NCBI GenBank assembly: GCA_022822065.1
Contig: JAJECI010000007.1
Coordinates: 10,488-74,487 of the forward strand
DNA: 64,000 bases
Reading direction: 5' to 3'
From: Candidatus Dadabacteria bacterium
Lineage (GTDB): Bacteria > Desulfobacterota_D > UBA1144 > Nemesobacterales > Nemesobacteraceae
In this document: in pieces, positions 29,520 through 39,412 of the stretch
How positions within the stretch are numbered: position 1 is the first letter of the stretch
How the letters are laid out: every line of letters begins with the position of its first letter
Notes under the pieces: generated by a model
What the model was told of the DNA's origin: nothing
Databases searched by the model: none
The model's input: only the letters and a program-made list of their open reading frames with translations
Position numbers and translations under genes: made by a program

Positions 29520-31871
29520 CTATGACCTGTATCGGTAGGTTAGCTGCACACCGAAGGTTCTGCCCCTGGAAATCGGCGCGAATGAACCTCCCACAGGAGC
29601 GCTTGGCAACAGTAGAGTGTCTATGGTTTCGGGAAGCTCAACATAGCTTCCGTGTTTGACTTGGTCAAGAAGGTTCTTTCCGTAAAATCCAACTGAAAAC
29701 CTGCTGTCCATTGGGGTGATATCAATTCCGGCGTCAAGAATGTTCTGCTCGGGAGTATATCCTTTGTTGTCATCTGTAAGATATGATTTGCTGCGATATG
29801 AGTAGTTTACCCTTGAAGCCAATTTCGCCCAGTTGGCAAGTCCGGCGTCATGGGTCGCACCGAGGCTCCAAGTCCACTTTGCGGCCCGGGGAAGCTCTAA
29901 AGCCAGATCTTTTTTGTCAAGAGTGCCATCTATATTAAGGTCATATTTTACTTTGGTATACTCGGGATCTACGTATCCGACGGAACCTAGAATAAAAAGC
30001 TTATCGGTAACGGCGACCAGTCCGTCAACTTCAAAGCCGAAGGCTTCTACGTCCGCAGTGTTGCGAATCTCCTGTGCTATGCCACCAAAGTCGGAAGGAA
30101 GAGTTATCACCCTCTGCACATCATCGATCAGGTTATAGAAAACCGCGCCGTTCAGGATTCCTATGTTTGTTGATATCTTGAATCCCGCCTCGAAGGTATC
30201 GATCTTTTCTTCGTCATACGGTCCCGGGAGTTCCGCTGGTATCCCGGGTAGCACGGCTGTTGGGGGATAGGTGTTTCGCAGATTATAGCCTCCAGAGCGG
30301 AATCCTCTGGTCCAGTGCCCGTAAACATTCGCTTCAAAGCCCGCTCCGCCGCCCATATAGTAGACAGCGCCGAGCTTGGGCGACCAGCTGTGCCAGGTCT
30401 CCTCGTCGGTGAAATCAAACTCGCATGCGGGTCCGACCGCAACGTTACATGGCATTTCTATTGTTGGGAACACGGCGCCACTTGTGTTGTTATAGCCGGA
30501 GGCCGTCTCAGCCTTCCTCTTGTCATAGCTGTAGCGGGTGCCCGCGATAAGCATTACCCGATCCGTAAGGTCGTAATCAAAAGAGAGAAACACGCCCCGC
30601 GTATCGACGTAATAATTCCCTCCCACGTCTTGGATATAGTACGATCCGGCGGGTAGTCCTCCCTCCGCGATAATCCCGTCGATATGACTTTCAAGCAGAA
30701 AACGGCGGTCATGATAATTTATCTCGCTTGTAAAGTAATAAAGACCGGTCGTCACGTGGAGCTTTTCGAAGAATCTGCCCACGTAGCGCAGTTCGTTGCT
30801 CCACTGGCGGTAGGGGGTCCATCCACGTATATGCAAAGCGCTTTGCGGTGAAGAATCGATATCTAGTAAAGCGGTCCCGTCCGCGTCGTAAAAACCGAAT
30901 ATGTTGGTTATTGTGCCGTTTCCGAAATCCACACCCCAGTCCGCCTGAGCGGAGACAAAGTTATTTCTATGCTCCCTGAAACCTTCCTCGTCGATGCTGA
31001 AATCGTGACTATCGATATCAAAGTCGCGCTGGTTCTGTGACGCGGCTCCTTCGCTTTCCGAAGTTTCGTGCCGGTAGCGCAGAACAAGGCTTAGGTCATC
31101 CGTCGGATCCCACGCAATCACCGATCGTATCATTCGTGTGTCGTTATCTCCGAAAGCCTTGCCCGTGTGGAGATTCTTAAACCAGCCGTTATCCTGATTT
31201 GTATAGGCAGTTATCCTTACGCCGACGGTCTCGCTAATCGGGCCTCCAATTGCGGCCATGTAATAGCTGTTAAGACTTTCACCCCCTCCTTCAAACGAGC
31301 TGCGAACAGACATCTCAAGAACATCTCCCGGTTTTTTCGTGTTAACCAGTACGACGCCCCCAGTGACATTCCGCCCGAAAAGCGTTCCCTGCGGTCCCCT
31401 CAGCACCTCTATGCTTTCAATATCGAAGGTATCAAACAAAACGATGCTTATCTGCCCTTGATACACGCCGTCGACAAGCACCCCCACGGTCGGATCAACA
31501 GACGCTATGGAGTTGTTTATTCCGACACCGCGGATGGAAAAGTTGGCAAGCGCCATTCCCGCGATGGAATCGTCAAGTGCCACATTGGGCATTTGCACCG
31601 CGAGACTTTCAAGGTCGTTTACCTTTAAGGCTTCAATCTGTTCCGAACTGAAATGGGTGATCGACAGGGGAACATTCTGAATCAGTTCTTCTCGTTTTCG
31701 GGCGGTGACCGTGATTTTCTTGAGAAATACGCCGCTTACCCCGAACACATCCTGCGGAGCCGCATCATCGCTCTGTGCAGCTGCGTCACCACCGCCGAGA
31801 GAGGCGAGGAACACAACAGCGAGAAGCACGCCTAAAAACTTCCTTATTCCAGATTTGAATTTCCTTTTAAT
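29520..31871 (-). CDS. TonB-dependent receptor
   Basis: ITVTARKRE, plug motif IEVLRGPQGTLFGRN, GFRSGG, KNLLD, GRTFGVQLTYRY. Start may be ATT 31871 (see findings) or GTG 31829. Confidence 0.93.
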   Translation of the reverse strand: MKRKFKSGIRKFLGVLLAVVFLASLGGGDAAAQSDDAAPQDVFGVSGVFLKKITVTARKREELIQNVPLSITHFSSEQIEALKVNDLESLAVQMPNVALDDSIAGMALANFSIRGVGINNSIASVDPTVGVLVDGVYQGQISIVLFDTFDIESIEVLRGPQGTLFGRNVTGGVVLVNTKKPGDVLEMSVRSSFEGGGESLNSYYMAAIGGPISETVGVRITAYTNQDNGWFKNLHTGKAFGDNDTRMIRSVIAWDPTDDLSLVLRYRHETSESEGAASQNQRDFDIDSHDFSIDEEGFREHRNNFVSAQADWGVDFGNGTITNIFGFYDADGTALLDIDSSPQSALHIRGWTPYRQWSNELRYVGRFFEKLHVTTGLYYFTSEINYHDRRFLLESHIDGIIAEGGLPAGSYYIQDVGGNYYVDTRGVFLSFDYDLTDRVMLIAGTRYSYDKRKAETASGYNNTSGAVFPTIEMPCNVAVGPACEFDFTDEETWHSWSPKLGAVYYMGGGAGFEANVYGHWTRGFRSGGYNLRNTYPPTAVLPGIPAELPGPYDEEKIDTFEAGFKISTNIGILNGAVFYNLIDDVQRVITLPSDFGGIAQEIRNTADVEAFGFEVDGLVAVTDKLFILGSVGYVDPEYTKVKYDLNIDGTLDKKDLALELPRAAKWTWSLGATHDAGLANWAKLASRVNYSYRSKSYLTDDNKGYTPEQNILDAGIDITPMDSRFSVGFYGKNLLDQVKHGSYVELPETIDTLLLPSAPVGGSFAPISRGRTFGVQLTYRYRS

Positions 31872-32009
31872 TGTTCGATATCCTCCTTAATTTTCAGAAA
31901 ATTATAACATAATCTTGCACGAAAAATCCAAGTTATCAGAGATTATTGCATAACGGGACTTATAACGCGGCATAAAACGCCCGATTACAGCGAACACGAA
32001 GACAGCAAA

Positions 32010-32258
32010 TCAAGCTGCGGGGATGGAACTTCCGATCAGAAGAATCGGTATGTTTTCCCTTACGGGGTAGAGATATTTCCCCCCGCGGCAGATAAGACCC
32101 CCCTCGATCTTCTCGGAAACCTGCTCCCCCGACCTGTCAACGAGAGTTCCGAGTTCAACAAGTTCGTTAAGCCTCTCAATAATTTCCCGACCGGCCTCTT
32201 CAAGAGGTTCCCCGGTCTCAGGACACACGAGAATTTCAAGCAGTTCCTTGTCAATCAT
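32010..32258 (-). CDS. Trm112-like (YcaR-type) protein
   Basis: MIDKELLEILVCPET...LYPVRENIPILL. Confidence 0.88.
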   Translation of the reverse strand: MIDKELLEILVCPETGEPLEEAGREIIERLNELVELGTLVDRSGEQVSEKIEGGLICRGGKYLYPVRENIPILLIGSSIPAA

Positions 32259-32321
32259 CGGTTTCGGGATTAACGGTTTCCGAGGGGAAATGCAGTGGAA
32301 CCCCCGCTCGCAAGGAATCTT

Positions 32322-33614
32322 CTAGGTTCCCAGCAGCTTCTGGGCTTCCTCATCCGATTTCTCAAAATAAAACTTGGGATCGCTGCGCCCGGCTATAACG
32401 CTCTCGTCAATGACGCAACGCGTCACCCCTTCCAGCGAAGGCACTTCATAGAAAACCTCAAGCATAATCGATTCTATGATGGCCCGAAGCCCCCTGGCCC
32501 CGGTATTTCTCAAGACGGCTTCCCTGGCGATGGCTTTCCTCGCATCTTCTGTTATCTCCAGCTGCACCTTCTCGATTTCCATCATCTTCTCAAACTGCTT
32601 CACGATGGCGTTTTTGGGTTCGGTCAGAATTTCGACCAGCTGCTCTTCGGTAAGTTCGCTCAGACTGGCGATAACCGGAACCCTCCCGACGAATTCGGGA
32701 ATCAGTCCGAACTGGACAAGATCCTCAGGCTGGACCCTGCTGAGAAAGTTGCTTTCGTCCTCAGCAGCCCTGTTTGGCAATTTAGCCCCGAAGCCGATTG
32801 ACTTTTCCCCGATCCTCGCGCGGATAATATCCTCAAGACCGCAGAAAGCACCACCGCATATGAAGAGGATGTTAGTGGTGTCCACTTGAGTAAATTCCTG
32901 CTGCGGATGCTTCCTTCCCCCCTTGGGAGGAACATTTGCCAGAGTCCCTTCCATTATCTTGAGCAACGCCTGCTGCACACCCTCTCCCGAGACATCTCTC
33001 GTGATCGAGGGACTGTCGCTTGATTTGCGCGTGAGCTTGTCTATCTCGTCTATATAGATAATGCCTCCCCTAGAAGCTTTCTCGACATCATAGTTTGCCG
33101 CCTGAAGCAGGCTCACTATCATGTTTTCCACGTCCTCGCCCACATAGCCAGCTTCCGTATAGCAGGTGGCGTCCACTATGGTGAAGGGAACATCGAGAAT
33201 CTTTGCCAGCGTCTGCGCAAGCAGGGTTTTCCCAGAACCCGTGGGGCCTATGAGAAGTATGTTGCTTTTCTCCACTTCTACTTTGTCGCTTCTTCTCCTG
33301 CCGGATTCGTTAAACTGCATCCGCTTGTAGTGGTTGTAGACGGCGACGGAAAGTACCTTCTTGGCGTTTTCCTGACCTATTATGTATCCGTCAAGAAAGG
33401 ACTTCATCTCCTGCGGGGTCGGAAAGGATTTCTTCGGTTTCGGAAAAGCGCTGTCCTTGGTCTTTTCTTCCGCTATGATCTGGTTGCATAGGTCTATGCA
33501 CTCATCGCAGATATAGACTCCGTGGCCCGCTATGAGCTTGTTGATCTCTTCCTGATTCTTCCCGCAGAAAGAACAGTAGTGCTTCGTTTCTTCCTTGCCT
33601 TTTCTAGGACTCAT
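32322..33614 (-). CDS. clpX: ATP-dependent Clp protease ATPase subunit
   Basis: CSFCGK zinc-binding domain, [18 protein letters not shown] loop, IGF loop. Confidence 0.98.
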   Translation of the reverse strand: MSPRKGKEETKHYCSFCGKNQEEINKLIAGHGVYICDECIDLCNQIIAEEKTKDSAFPKPKKSFPTPQEMKSFLDGYIIGQENAKKVLSVAVYNHYKRMQFNESGRRRSDKVEVEKSNILLIGPTGSGKTLLAQTLAKILDVPFTIVDATCYTEAGYVGEDVENMIVSLLQAANYDVEKASRGGIIYIDEIDKLTRKSSDSPSITRDVSGEGVQQALLKIMEGTLANVPPKGGRKHPQQEFTQVDTTNILFICGGAFCGLEDIIRARIGEKSIGFGAKLPNRAAEDESNFLSRVQPEDLVQFGLIPEFVGRVPVIASLSELTEEQLVEILTEPKNAIVKQFEKMMEIEKVQLEITEDARKAIAREAVLRNTGARGLRAIIESIMLEVFYEVPSLEGVTRCVIDESVIAGRSDPKFYFEKSDEEAQKLLGT

Positions 33615-34213
33615 CCGGTCGCCTCCTCCCTTTCGGTAATGATGGCATCTACTATACCGTAATCAATAGAATCCTGAGCGGTCATGAAAAAGTCTCTGTC
33701 CGTATCGCTAGCTATTTTCTCGAGAGTTTGCCCGGTGTGCTTCTCAAGTATGGAATTGAGCTGCTTTTTCACCCTGCCAATCTCCTTTGCGTGTATCTCT
33801 ATGTCGCTTGCCTGCCCGGAAACGCCTCCGAGCACCTGGTGAATCATCACCCTCGAGTGAGGAAGCGCGTATCTTTTGCCCTGCGCGCCGCTTGCCAGAA
33901 GAACCGCGGCCATGCTGACCGCCTGCCCGATGCATATTGTAGAGACTTCGGGCTTCACGTACTGTATGGTGTCGTAGATTGCAAGACCGGAGGTGACGTG
34001 TCCTCCAGGGGAATTTATGTAGAGGTAAATAGGCGTCTCGGGGTTCTCGGATTCAAGAAAAAGGAGCTGGGCAATGACGACGTTGGCTACCGCGTCGTTT
34101 ATATCGGAACCTATGAAGACGATCCTGTCCTTAAGGAGCCTTGAGAAAATATCGTAGCCCTGATCTCCCCTGCTCGTACGCTCAATAACGTAAGGTATGA
34201 AATCGGTTATCAT
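33611..34213 (-). CDS. clpP: Clp protease proteolytic subunit
   Basis: [18 protein letters not shown], catalytic Ser in GQAVSMA, MIHQ, DRDFFM. Confidence 0.98.
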   Translation of the reverse strand: MITDFIPYVIERTSRGDQGYDIFSRLLKDRIVFIGSDINDAVANVVIAQLLFLESENPETPIYLYINSPGGHVTSGLAIYDTIQYVKPEVSTICIGQAVSMAAVLLASGAQGKRYALPHSRVMIHQVLGGVSGQASDIEIHAKEIGRVKKQLNSILEKHTGQTLEKIASDTDRDFFMTAQDSIDYGIVDAIITEREEATG

Positions 34214-34237
34214 CAAAAACCGATTATACTAAGCGGG

Positions 34238-35545
34238 CTATTCCTTGTCAATCTGTGCGGACTCGGGTTCCACTTCCTCAATCTGGGCCCGCTCCAGAAG
34301 AAGATCCAAGACTCCGCGGGTTTTGATCTGGGATTCCAGATGCTCCATAGTCCCCGGCTGTTCATAAGCCTTGTGTACCTGATCTGGGGGAAGATTGTAT
34401 GAAGCGGCGAGGCGGTCTATGTGTTCATTTAACTGTTTACGGGTAACTCTCACGTTCTCCTTCTGAGCGATGCGGCCGAGAATTATGGATGTCCTGACGC
34501 TCTCGGTAGCCTTCTCGGTGAATTTCGGCGCCAGGTCCTCCCCGATCTCGGGCTCCGGGACTCCACCTCTCTGCATGTCGGAGGCAAATCTCGCTTTAAG
34601 GCTCTCCTCTTCCTTTTCAAGCAGCGACGGAGGAACGTCGAACTGGTTTTTCGAGAGGAGGTCGTCGACTATCTGCTCTCTCATGGATGAGAGTTGTTCG
34701 TCTTCATGAAGGTGCTCAAGCTGTTCCTTTATGGCCTTTCGCAGCTCAGAAATACCCTCAACATCAAAATCCTTGGCGAAATCGTCGTCCGCCTCGGGCA
34801 GAATCCTTTCGTGAATCTCATTTATCTTGACGGTGAAACTGACGGTTTTCCCCGCGGCTTCCTGTATCAGAAAATCCTCCGGGTAGGAAACCGAGAACTC
34901 AGATTCCTCGCCCGCTTTCTTCCCAAGCAGGTTCTCTTCGAACTCGGGGGCAAACTGTTCTTCTCCCAGTAAAAACCTTACGTTCTGCCTGTTAAGATCG
35001 TCTATGGTCTCCCCGTCCTCAAATGCGCCGCTGTAGTCTACAAAGACGTAATCGCCTTCCTTTGCGGGACGGTCCTCCTCGATAAGCCTTGACTGCGCGG
35101 ATTTTTCCCTGAGTTTCTGTATCTCTGCGTCCACATCCTCCTCGGTCACCTGGTGGATGGTTTTCTTCACAGGGATTGAGGTGTAGTCGGAAAGCTCAAA
35201 ATCGGGGATTACCTCGAATTCAGCCGAATAAGCGAATTCCTCTCCGGTCTTTACCTCACCCATCTCCGTAATGTCGGGGCGCGTCACCGGCAAAAGCGAG
35301 CGCTGCGCAAGGGCTTCGGACAAGGTCTCAGAGACGAGGTTGGATGCGGTTTCCTGATCGACTTCTTTTCCGTACATAGACTCCACTACGTGGCGGGGGA
35401 CTTTTCCCTTTCTAAACCCCTTGACGCTGACTCCCCCCATCACGTCACGGAACACGGATTTTCTTTTTTCCGCAACCTGGTCTGAGGAAAGAGAAACCCT
35501 GATTTTTTTCCTAGTGCTGTCAATATCCTCAATATCTATCTTCAT
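34238..35545 (-). CDS. tig: Trigger factor
   Basis: GFRKGKVP signature, FKBP domain, tig-clpP-clpX synteny. Confidence 0.96.
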   Translation of the reverse strand: MKIDIEDIDSTRKKIRVSLSSDQVAEKRKSVFRDVMGGVSVKGFRKGKVPRHVVESMYGKEVDQETASNLVSETLSEALAQRSLLPVTRPDITEMGEVKTGEEFAYSAEFEVIPDFELSDYTSIPVKKTIHQVTEEDVDAEIQKLREKSAQSRLIEEDRPAKEGDYVFVDYSGAFEDGETIDDLNRQNVRFLLGEEQFAPEFEENLLGKKAGEESEFSVSYPEDFLIQEAAGKTVSFTVKINEIHERILPEADDDFAKDFDVEGISELRKAIKEQLEHLHEDEQLSSMREQIVDDLLSKNQFDVPPSLLEKEEESLKARFASDMQRGGVPEPEIGEDLAPKFTEKATESVRTSIILGRIAQKENVRVTRKQLNEHIDRLAASYNLPPDQVHKAYEQPGTMEHLESQIKTRGVLDLLLERAQIEEVEPESAQIDKE

Positions 35546-35702
35546 TTAGTCTAAAACCCCTCGGAAAATAATTCAGGTAACAATATATAATTATTCGCAA
35601 AATACCAATACACCCAACGAAGCAGAGTAGGCTCTTGGACCTGAAGTTAAAAACCGGACGGAGATATCCATGGCAAGTTGAGTTTTAAGTGCCGTCCGCG
35701 GC

Positions 35703-37637
35703 TTAGGAATGTTTTTCCCGGTAGACGTAGTTTCGTGCGAACAAGGAAAAAGCAAGGAGAAGCAGAACAAACTGGGGAATAGCGGTCTCGTAAGTAGGGT
35801 ATATCCCGAGAGTGTCCATATAAGGAATGAAATGCGCCGTAGTCGAGGAAATAATTCCCGCCTCCTGGAGTTCAAGTATTCCCTTGCCGAGCAGTATGAA
35901 GCAGAGTAGATAAAGGAAAACGCTCGTGAAGGAGAAAAAGTACTTAAGCGGAATCCTGAGAGTAAACTTGTACATAAGAAAAGCTATTATGAACACGACC
36001 ACTACTCCCGCAGCAAGTCCGTAGATCACATGTGGCATGGATGAGCTGGTCTGGTAGAAAAGCGCTTGGTAGAAGAGCATCGTCTCGAAAGCCTCCCTGT
36101 AGACGGCCAGAAACGAAACCAGGGCAAGAGCAAGGCCGCTTCTTCGGGTAAGCGCCCCTTGGGTTTTGGAGCGGACGTATTCCTTCCATTTTTTTACGTC
36201 TGCCTTTGAGACAAGCCAGTAACTCACGTAAAAAAGAATCGCTGCTGCCAGAAGAGAAGTCGCTCCTTCTACAATCTCCCTCCTGGCCCCCGAGATATCT
36301 ATTATAGTTCTTGCCGCGACCCATGTAGCCAGTCCCGCAACAAGGGCAAATACCCATCCATAGTGAACGTATCTGATCATCCTGCGGTTACCTGAATGGA
36401 CCAAGGCGGCAATAATGGCCGCGATTATAAGCAGAGCCTCAAGCGCTTCTCTCAGTATTATGGCAAAGGAATTAACGAAACTCAGGTACTTGCCGAGAGA
36501 CGATCCGCCTCTTAGGATGCGTTCTGACTCGAGAAGGTCCTCCTCTATGCTCGCTTTTAGATCTCGAAGTTCGGATGAATCCCGGTCAGACATCACCAAT
36601 GACCTGAAAAATCCCATCTTCTTCTCAACCTCGAGAACAAGCGGTCTTTTTTTCGATACCAAAGCAGGTTCGATTTTCTGAAATCCTCCCAGATACCCGT
36701 CAAGAGCCTCTCTGAAAGCCTCATCCTTTCTGCCGGCCTCATAAAGACCTATGGCTTCTTCAAGCTTCCTCATGGTATGGGCTATAGCTTCAGAAACCCC
36801 TCCGGCAATCCCGTCCCGCAGGTAAGCGGTTCTGAGGTAAAAAAGAACTTCCTCGTCACTGCCCCCCACCCCGGCATTAAGAAGAATCTCCGCGTTGCTT
36901 GCGAGGGCAAGGTTTTCAAGCTTTCTTACATCATGGGGAATATTCTCCGTGGAAAGCCCGGAAGCACCTCCACCTGAGGGAACATCCGGGTACCCGAGCG
37001 AGAGAACGTAAAACGCCACATCCCACTTCTGTTCTTCGTCAAGCACCTTTTCAAACGATATCATGGCGGTGCCCTCGATCCCGAAAGTGGTGGTGTTGTA
37101 AACTTTAAAGGGGGAGAGCCCGAGATTTATGTCCGGATCCGTAAAATCCGTGGCAGGAGGATTAAGATTCTCAGACAGAGCCCCGTCTCCCCTTCCGGAG
37201 AACCCATGACAAGAGGAACAGTTCTCCGCGTAAAGAACTTTTCCGCTTTCGTAATCCGGTATATTCGCCGGGTAGGGCTTGATATCATAGGCTGCAATGA
37301 TTCGCCCCTTCAGTTGACCGGCAAGACTTTCCACTTCGGAAACAGGACCTTTGGATACTATGATTGAGCGCAGGCGCACGAATTTTTCGGAAAAATCAGC
37401 TGTTCCTTCTCTCTTTTCAGCCGTTTTTTCCCACAGGTCAACCGTAGCGGAAGAAAAATCCAGCATCTCCTGATACTCAAATTCGTTTATGATCCTCCCT
37501 TCTTTTACGGCGTTTGCGTAATCTCCTCCTATGTAGTCGACAAGAGAGAGGATCCTGTCTATCTCTGCGGCATAAGAAAGCCCGGGAAAAAGAAAGAATA
37601 TGAGAACTGACAAATAGAAGAAACTTTTTTTAAGCAT
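35703..37637 (-). CDS. Cytochrome c / FTR1-family iron permease (PbrT/EfeU-like)
   Basis: Signal peptide, CSSCH heme motif, two RExxE motifs (REALE, REAFE) and TM helices. Start ATG 37637 follows GGGGAGA. Confidence 0.92.
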   Translation of the reverse strand: MLKKSFFYLSVLIFFLFPGLSYAAEIDRILSLVDYIGGDYANAVKEGRIINEFEYQEMLDFSSATVDLWEKTAEKREGTADFSEKFVRLRSIIVSKGPVSEVESLAGQLKGRIIAAYDIKPYPANIPDYESGKVLYAENCSSCHGFSGRGDGALSENLNPPATDFTDPDINLGLSPFKVYNTTTFGIEGTAMISFEKVLDEEQKWDVAFYVLSLGYPDVPSGGGASGLSTENIPHDVRKLENLALASNAEILLNAGVGGSDEEVLFYLRTAYLRDGIAGGVSEAIAHTMRKLEEAIGLYEAGRKDEAFREALDGYLGGFQKIEPALVSKKRPLVLEVEKKMGFFRSLVMSDRDSSELRDLKASIEEDLLESERILRGGSSLGKYLSFVNSFAIILREALEALLIIAAIIAALVHSGNRRMIRYVHYGWVFALVAGLATWVAARTIIDISGARREIVEGATSLLAAAILFYVSYWLVSKADVKKWKEYVRSKTQGALTRRSGLALALVSFLAVYREAFETMLFYQALFYQTSSSMPHVIYGLAAGVVVVFIIAFLMYKFTLRIPLKYFFSFTSVFLYLLCFILLGKGILELQEAGIISSTTAHFIPYMDTLGIYPTYETAIPQFVLLLLAFSLFARNYVYREKHS

Positions 37638-37679
37638 AGTCCGCGGATATCTCCCCATGTTGGGGATCAGGGAAGGTAC

Positions 37680-37717
37680 TTTTTACCATTCTAGACCTTT
37701 ATTGTCAATAATTCCCA
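37680..37717 (-). promoter_or_regulatory. Sigma70 promoter of the FTR1 gene overlapped by a Fur-box-like inverted repeat
   Basis: Minus strand TTGACA-17 bp-TAAAAA; TGTCAATAATTCCCA (37703-37717) resembles the 7-1-7 Fur box TGAnAATnATTnTCA. Confidence 0.5.
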
Positions 37718-37744
37718 TAGTCGTCATTTTCGCCTTTATACACG

Positions 37745-37990
37745 GTGGAAATTTTTTTTGTCTTTTTCCCGGTTTTTTCACTCCTAAGGGCTCAGGTTTC
37801 TCTAGCGGCCACAGCTTCGGAGGAAAAGATAAAAAAGCTTGAGGAGCAGATAAAGATTCTAGCGGATGAGATAGAAGCCATAAAGTCCGCTTCGGTAACG
37901 GAGCCTCCGGTCTATGAGACAGAATTCGATGTGGCCCCGGCGGCTTCAGGGGTCTACAGGGTTGACCAGAGAGTATTGTTCGGGGGATAA
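37745..37990 (+). pseudogene. Truncated outer-membrane protein/porin gene (N-terminal fragment)
   Basis: Signal-like segment, coiled coil EEKIKKLEEQIKILADEIE, then APAASGVYRVDQRVLFGG*, resembling the GPAASKVY...SIGGYGE start of porins found beside FTR1 genes (family recalled, not searched). Confidence 0.6.
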
Positions 37991-38128
37991 AACTTAAGCT
38001 CCAAAGTTGAGCCCATCAAGTAAAAGGATCTCTCGTAAAAACTCTCCGTATCGTGGGAGCAGGAACAAAAAGGCAGAACTAAAAGCGCAAGATGGCGCAT
38101 GTCTTGAGAATCGCGTAAAGCGTTTTTC

Positions 38129-38210
38129 TGCGAGAGGAGGGAGTCGAACCCTCACACCCTAAGGTACTAGATCCTAAATCTAGCGCGTCTGCCTGTTCCG
38201 CCACTCTCGC
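38129..38210 (-). tRNA. tRNA-Leu(TAG)
   Basis: Reverse complement GCGAGAGTGGCGGAACAGGCAGACGCGCTAGATTTAGGATCTAGTACCTTAGGGTGTGAGGGTTCGACTCCCTCCTCTCGCA; no CCA. Confidence 0.96.
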
Positions 38211-38279
38211 CCTTTACAGTCAAAATCGGCAAAAATCCGAATCATATTCCCGGAAAGTGCCGTTAGACGCAAAATGAAG

Positions 38280-38353
38280 TGGGCTGCGAGGGATTCGAAC
38301 CCACGACCGACTGATTAAGAGTCAGCTGCTCTACCAGACTGAGCTAGCAGCCC
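38280..38353 (-). tRNA. tRNA-Lys(CTT)
   Basis: Reverse complement GGGCTGCTAGCTCAGTCTGGTAGAGCAGCTGACTCTTAATCAGTCGGTCGTGGGTTCGAATCCCTCGCAGCCCA; no CCA. Confidence 0.96.
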
Positions 38354-38465
38354 GCATAGAGAATAACAGAAAAGAAAACAAATAGAAACCGAAACGCCCG
38401 CCGGTCGGAACGACTGAAAAACACCCGCTTTTTTGAACTCCTCTCTGACACTGTATACTTTTGGA

Positions 38466-39395
38466 ATGGTGCAAAATATAATAAACGACCTCAGGGAATA
38501 CCATAACTCCTACCACTCCCAGATAGAACATCTGCTGCTGTCCATCCTGATAGTGGTAATCATGATCATCCTCAGGAAGATCATGATCTCCATCATAACC
38601 AAGAACACGAACGATCCCAAGACCATTTATTACTCCAAGCGGATTATCGGGTACAGCACCACTTTTCTTACCATATTAATTCTCTGCGGCATCTGGATAC
38701 AGGGCTTCGGCTCCATAGGGACCTACCTGGGTATAGCCAGCGCAGGTATCGCGATAGCACTTCATGAAACCATAGCCAACATCGCCGGCTGGTTCTTCAT
38801 CCTCTGGAGAAAGCCTTTCGTAATAGGGGACCGCATACAGATAGGAGAGACAAAGGGAGACGTAATAGACCTAAGGCTGTTTCAGTTCAGCATGGTCGAG
38901 GTTGGAAACTGGGTTGAAGCGGAGCAGAGCACAGGCAGGATCATACATGTTCCCAACAGCCACGTGCTGAAAGAAAGAACCGCGAACTACCACGGCGGAT
39001 TCAACTACATATGGAATGAAATACACATTCTGGTGACATTTGAGAGCAACTGGAAAAAAACCCGTGAGATTCTCGAGAAGATAGCTAAAGAAAAGATCGA
39101 ATCCTCGGCAAGGCAGGCTGAAATACAGCTGCGCCAGGCCGCTGAGAGATACATGATACATTTCTCGAAGCTCACCCCGGCGGTTTACATGTCGGCAAGA
39201 GACAGCGGAGTGCTGTTCTCAATCAGATACATGATAAACCCAAGGCAGAAAAGGGGCTCGGAGCAGGCCCTTTGGGAAGTGATACTGGAGGAGTTCAGAA
39301 AGCATCCCGACATCGAGCTTGCATACCCGACGACGCGCTTCTATACCTATACCCAGGAGAATCCAAGTCCCGACAAGACAGGCCCCGCTCCCTGA
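38466..39395 (+). CDS. MscS-family mechanosensitive channel
   Basis: TM helices, GIASAGIAIAL, KPFVIGDRIQIG, GDVIDLRLF, IIHVPNS, ELAYPT. Confidence 0.92.
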   Translation: MVQNIINDLREYHNSYHSQIEHLLLSILIVVIMIILRKIMISIITKNTNDPKTIYYSKRIIGYSTTFLTILILCGIWIQGFGSIGTYLGIASAGIAIALHETIANIAGWFFILWRKPFVIGDRIQIGETKGDVIDLRLFQFSMVEVGNWVEAEQSTGRIIHVPNSHVLKERTANYHGGFNYIWNEIHILVTFESNWKKTREILEKIAKEKIESSARQAEIQLRQAAERYMIHFSKLTPAVYMSARDSGVLFSIRYMINPRQKRGSEQALWEVILEEFRKHPDIELAYPTTRFYTYTQENPSPDKTGPAP

Positions 39396-39412
39396 GCCTG
39401 GGTGAAGCGGAC

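Noticed and set aside
35546-35702. Spacer with CGGACGG...CCGTCCG inverted repeat as a possible ncRNA or attR
   Set aside because: No copy of the tRNA-Leu 3' end and no recognisable RNA family; only a 7-bp stem.
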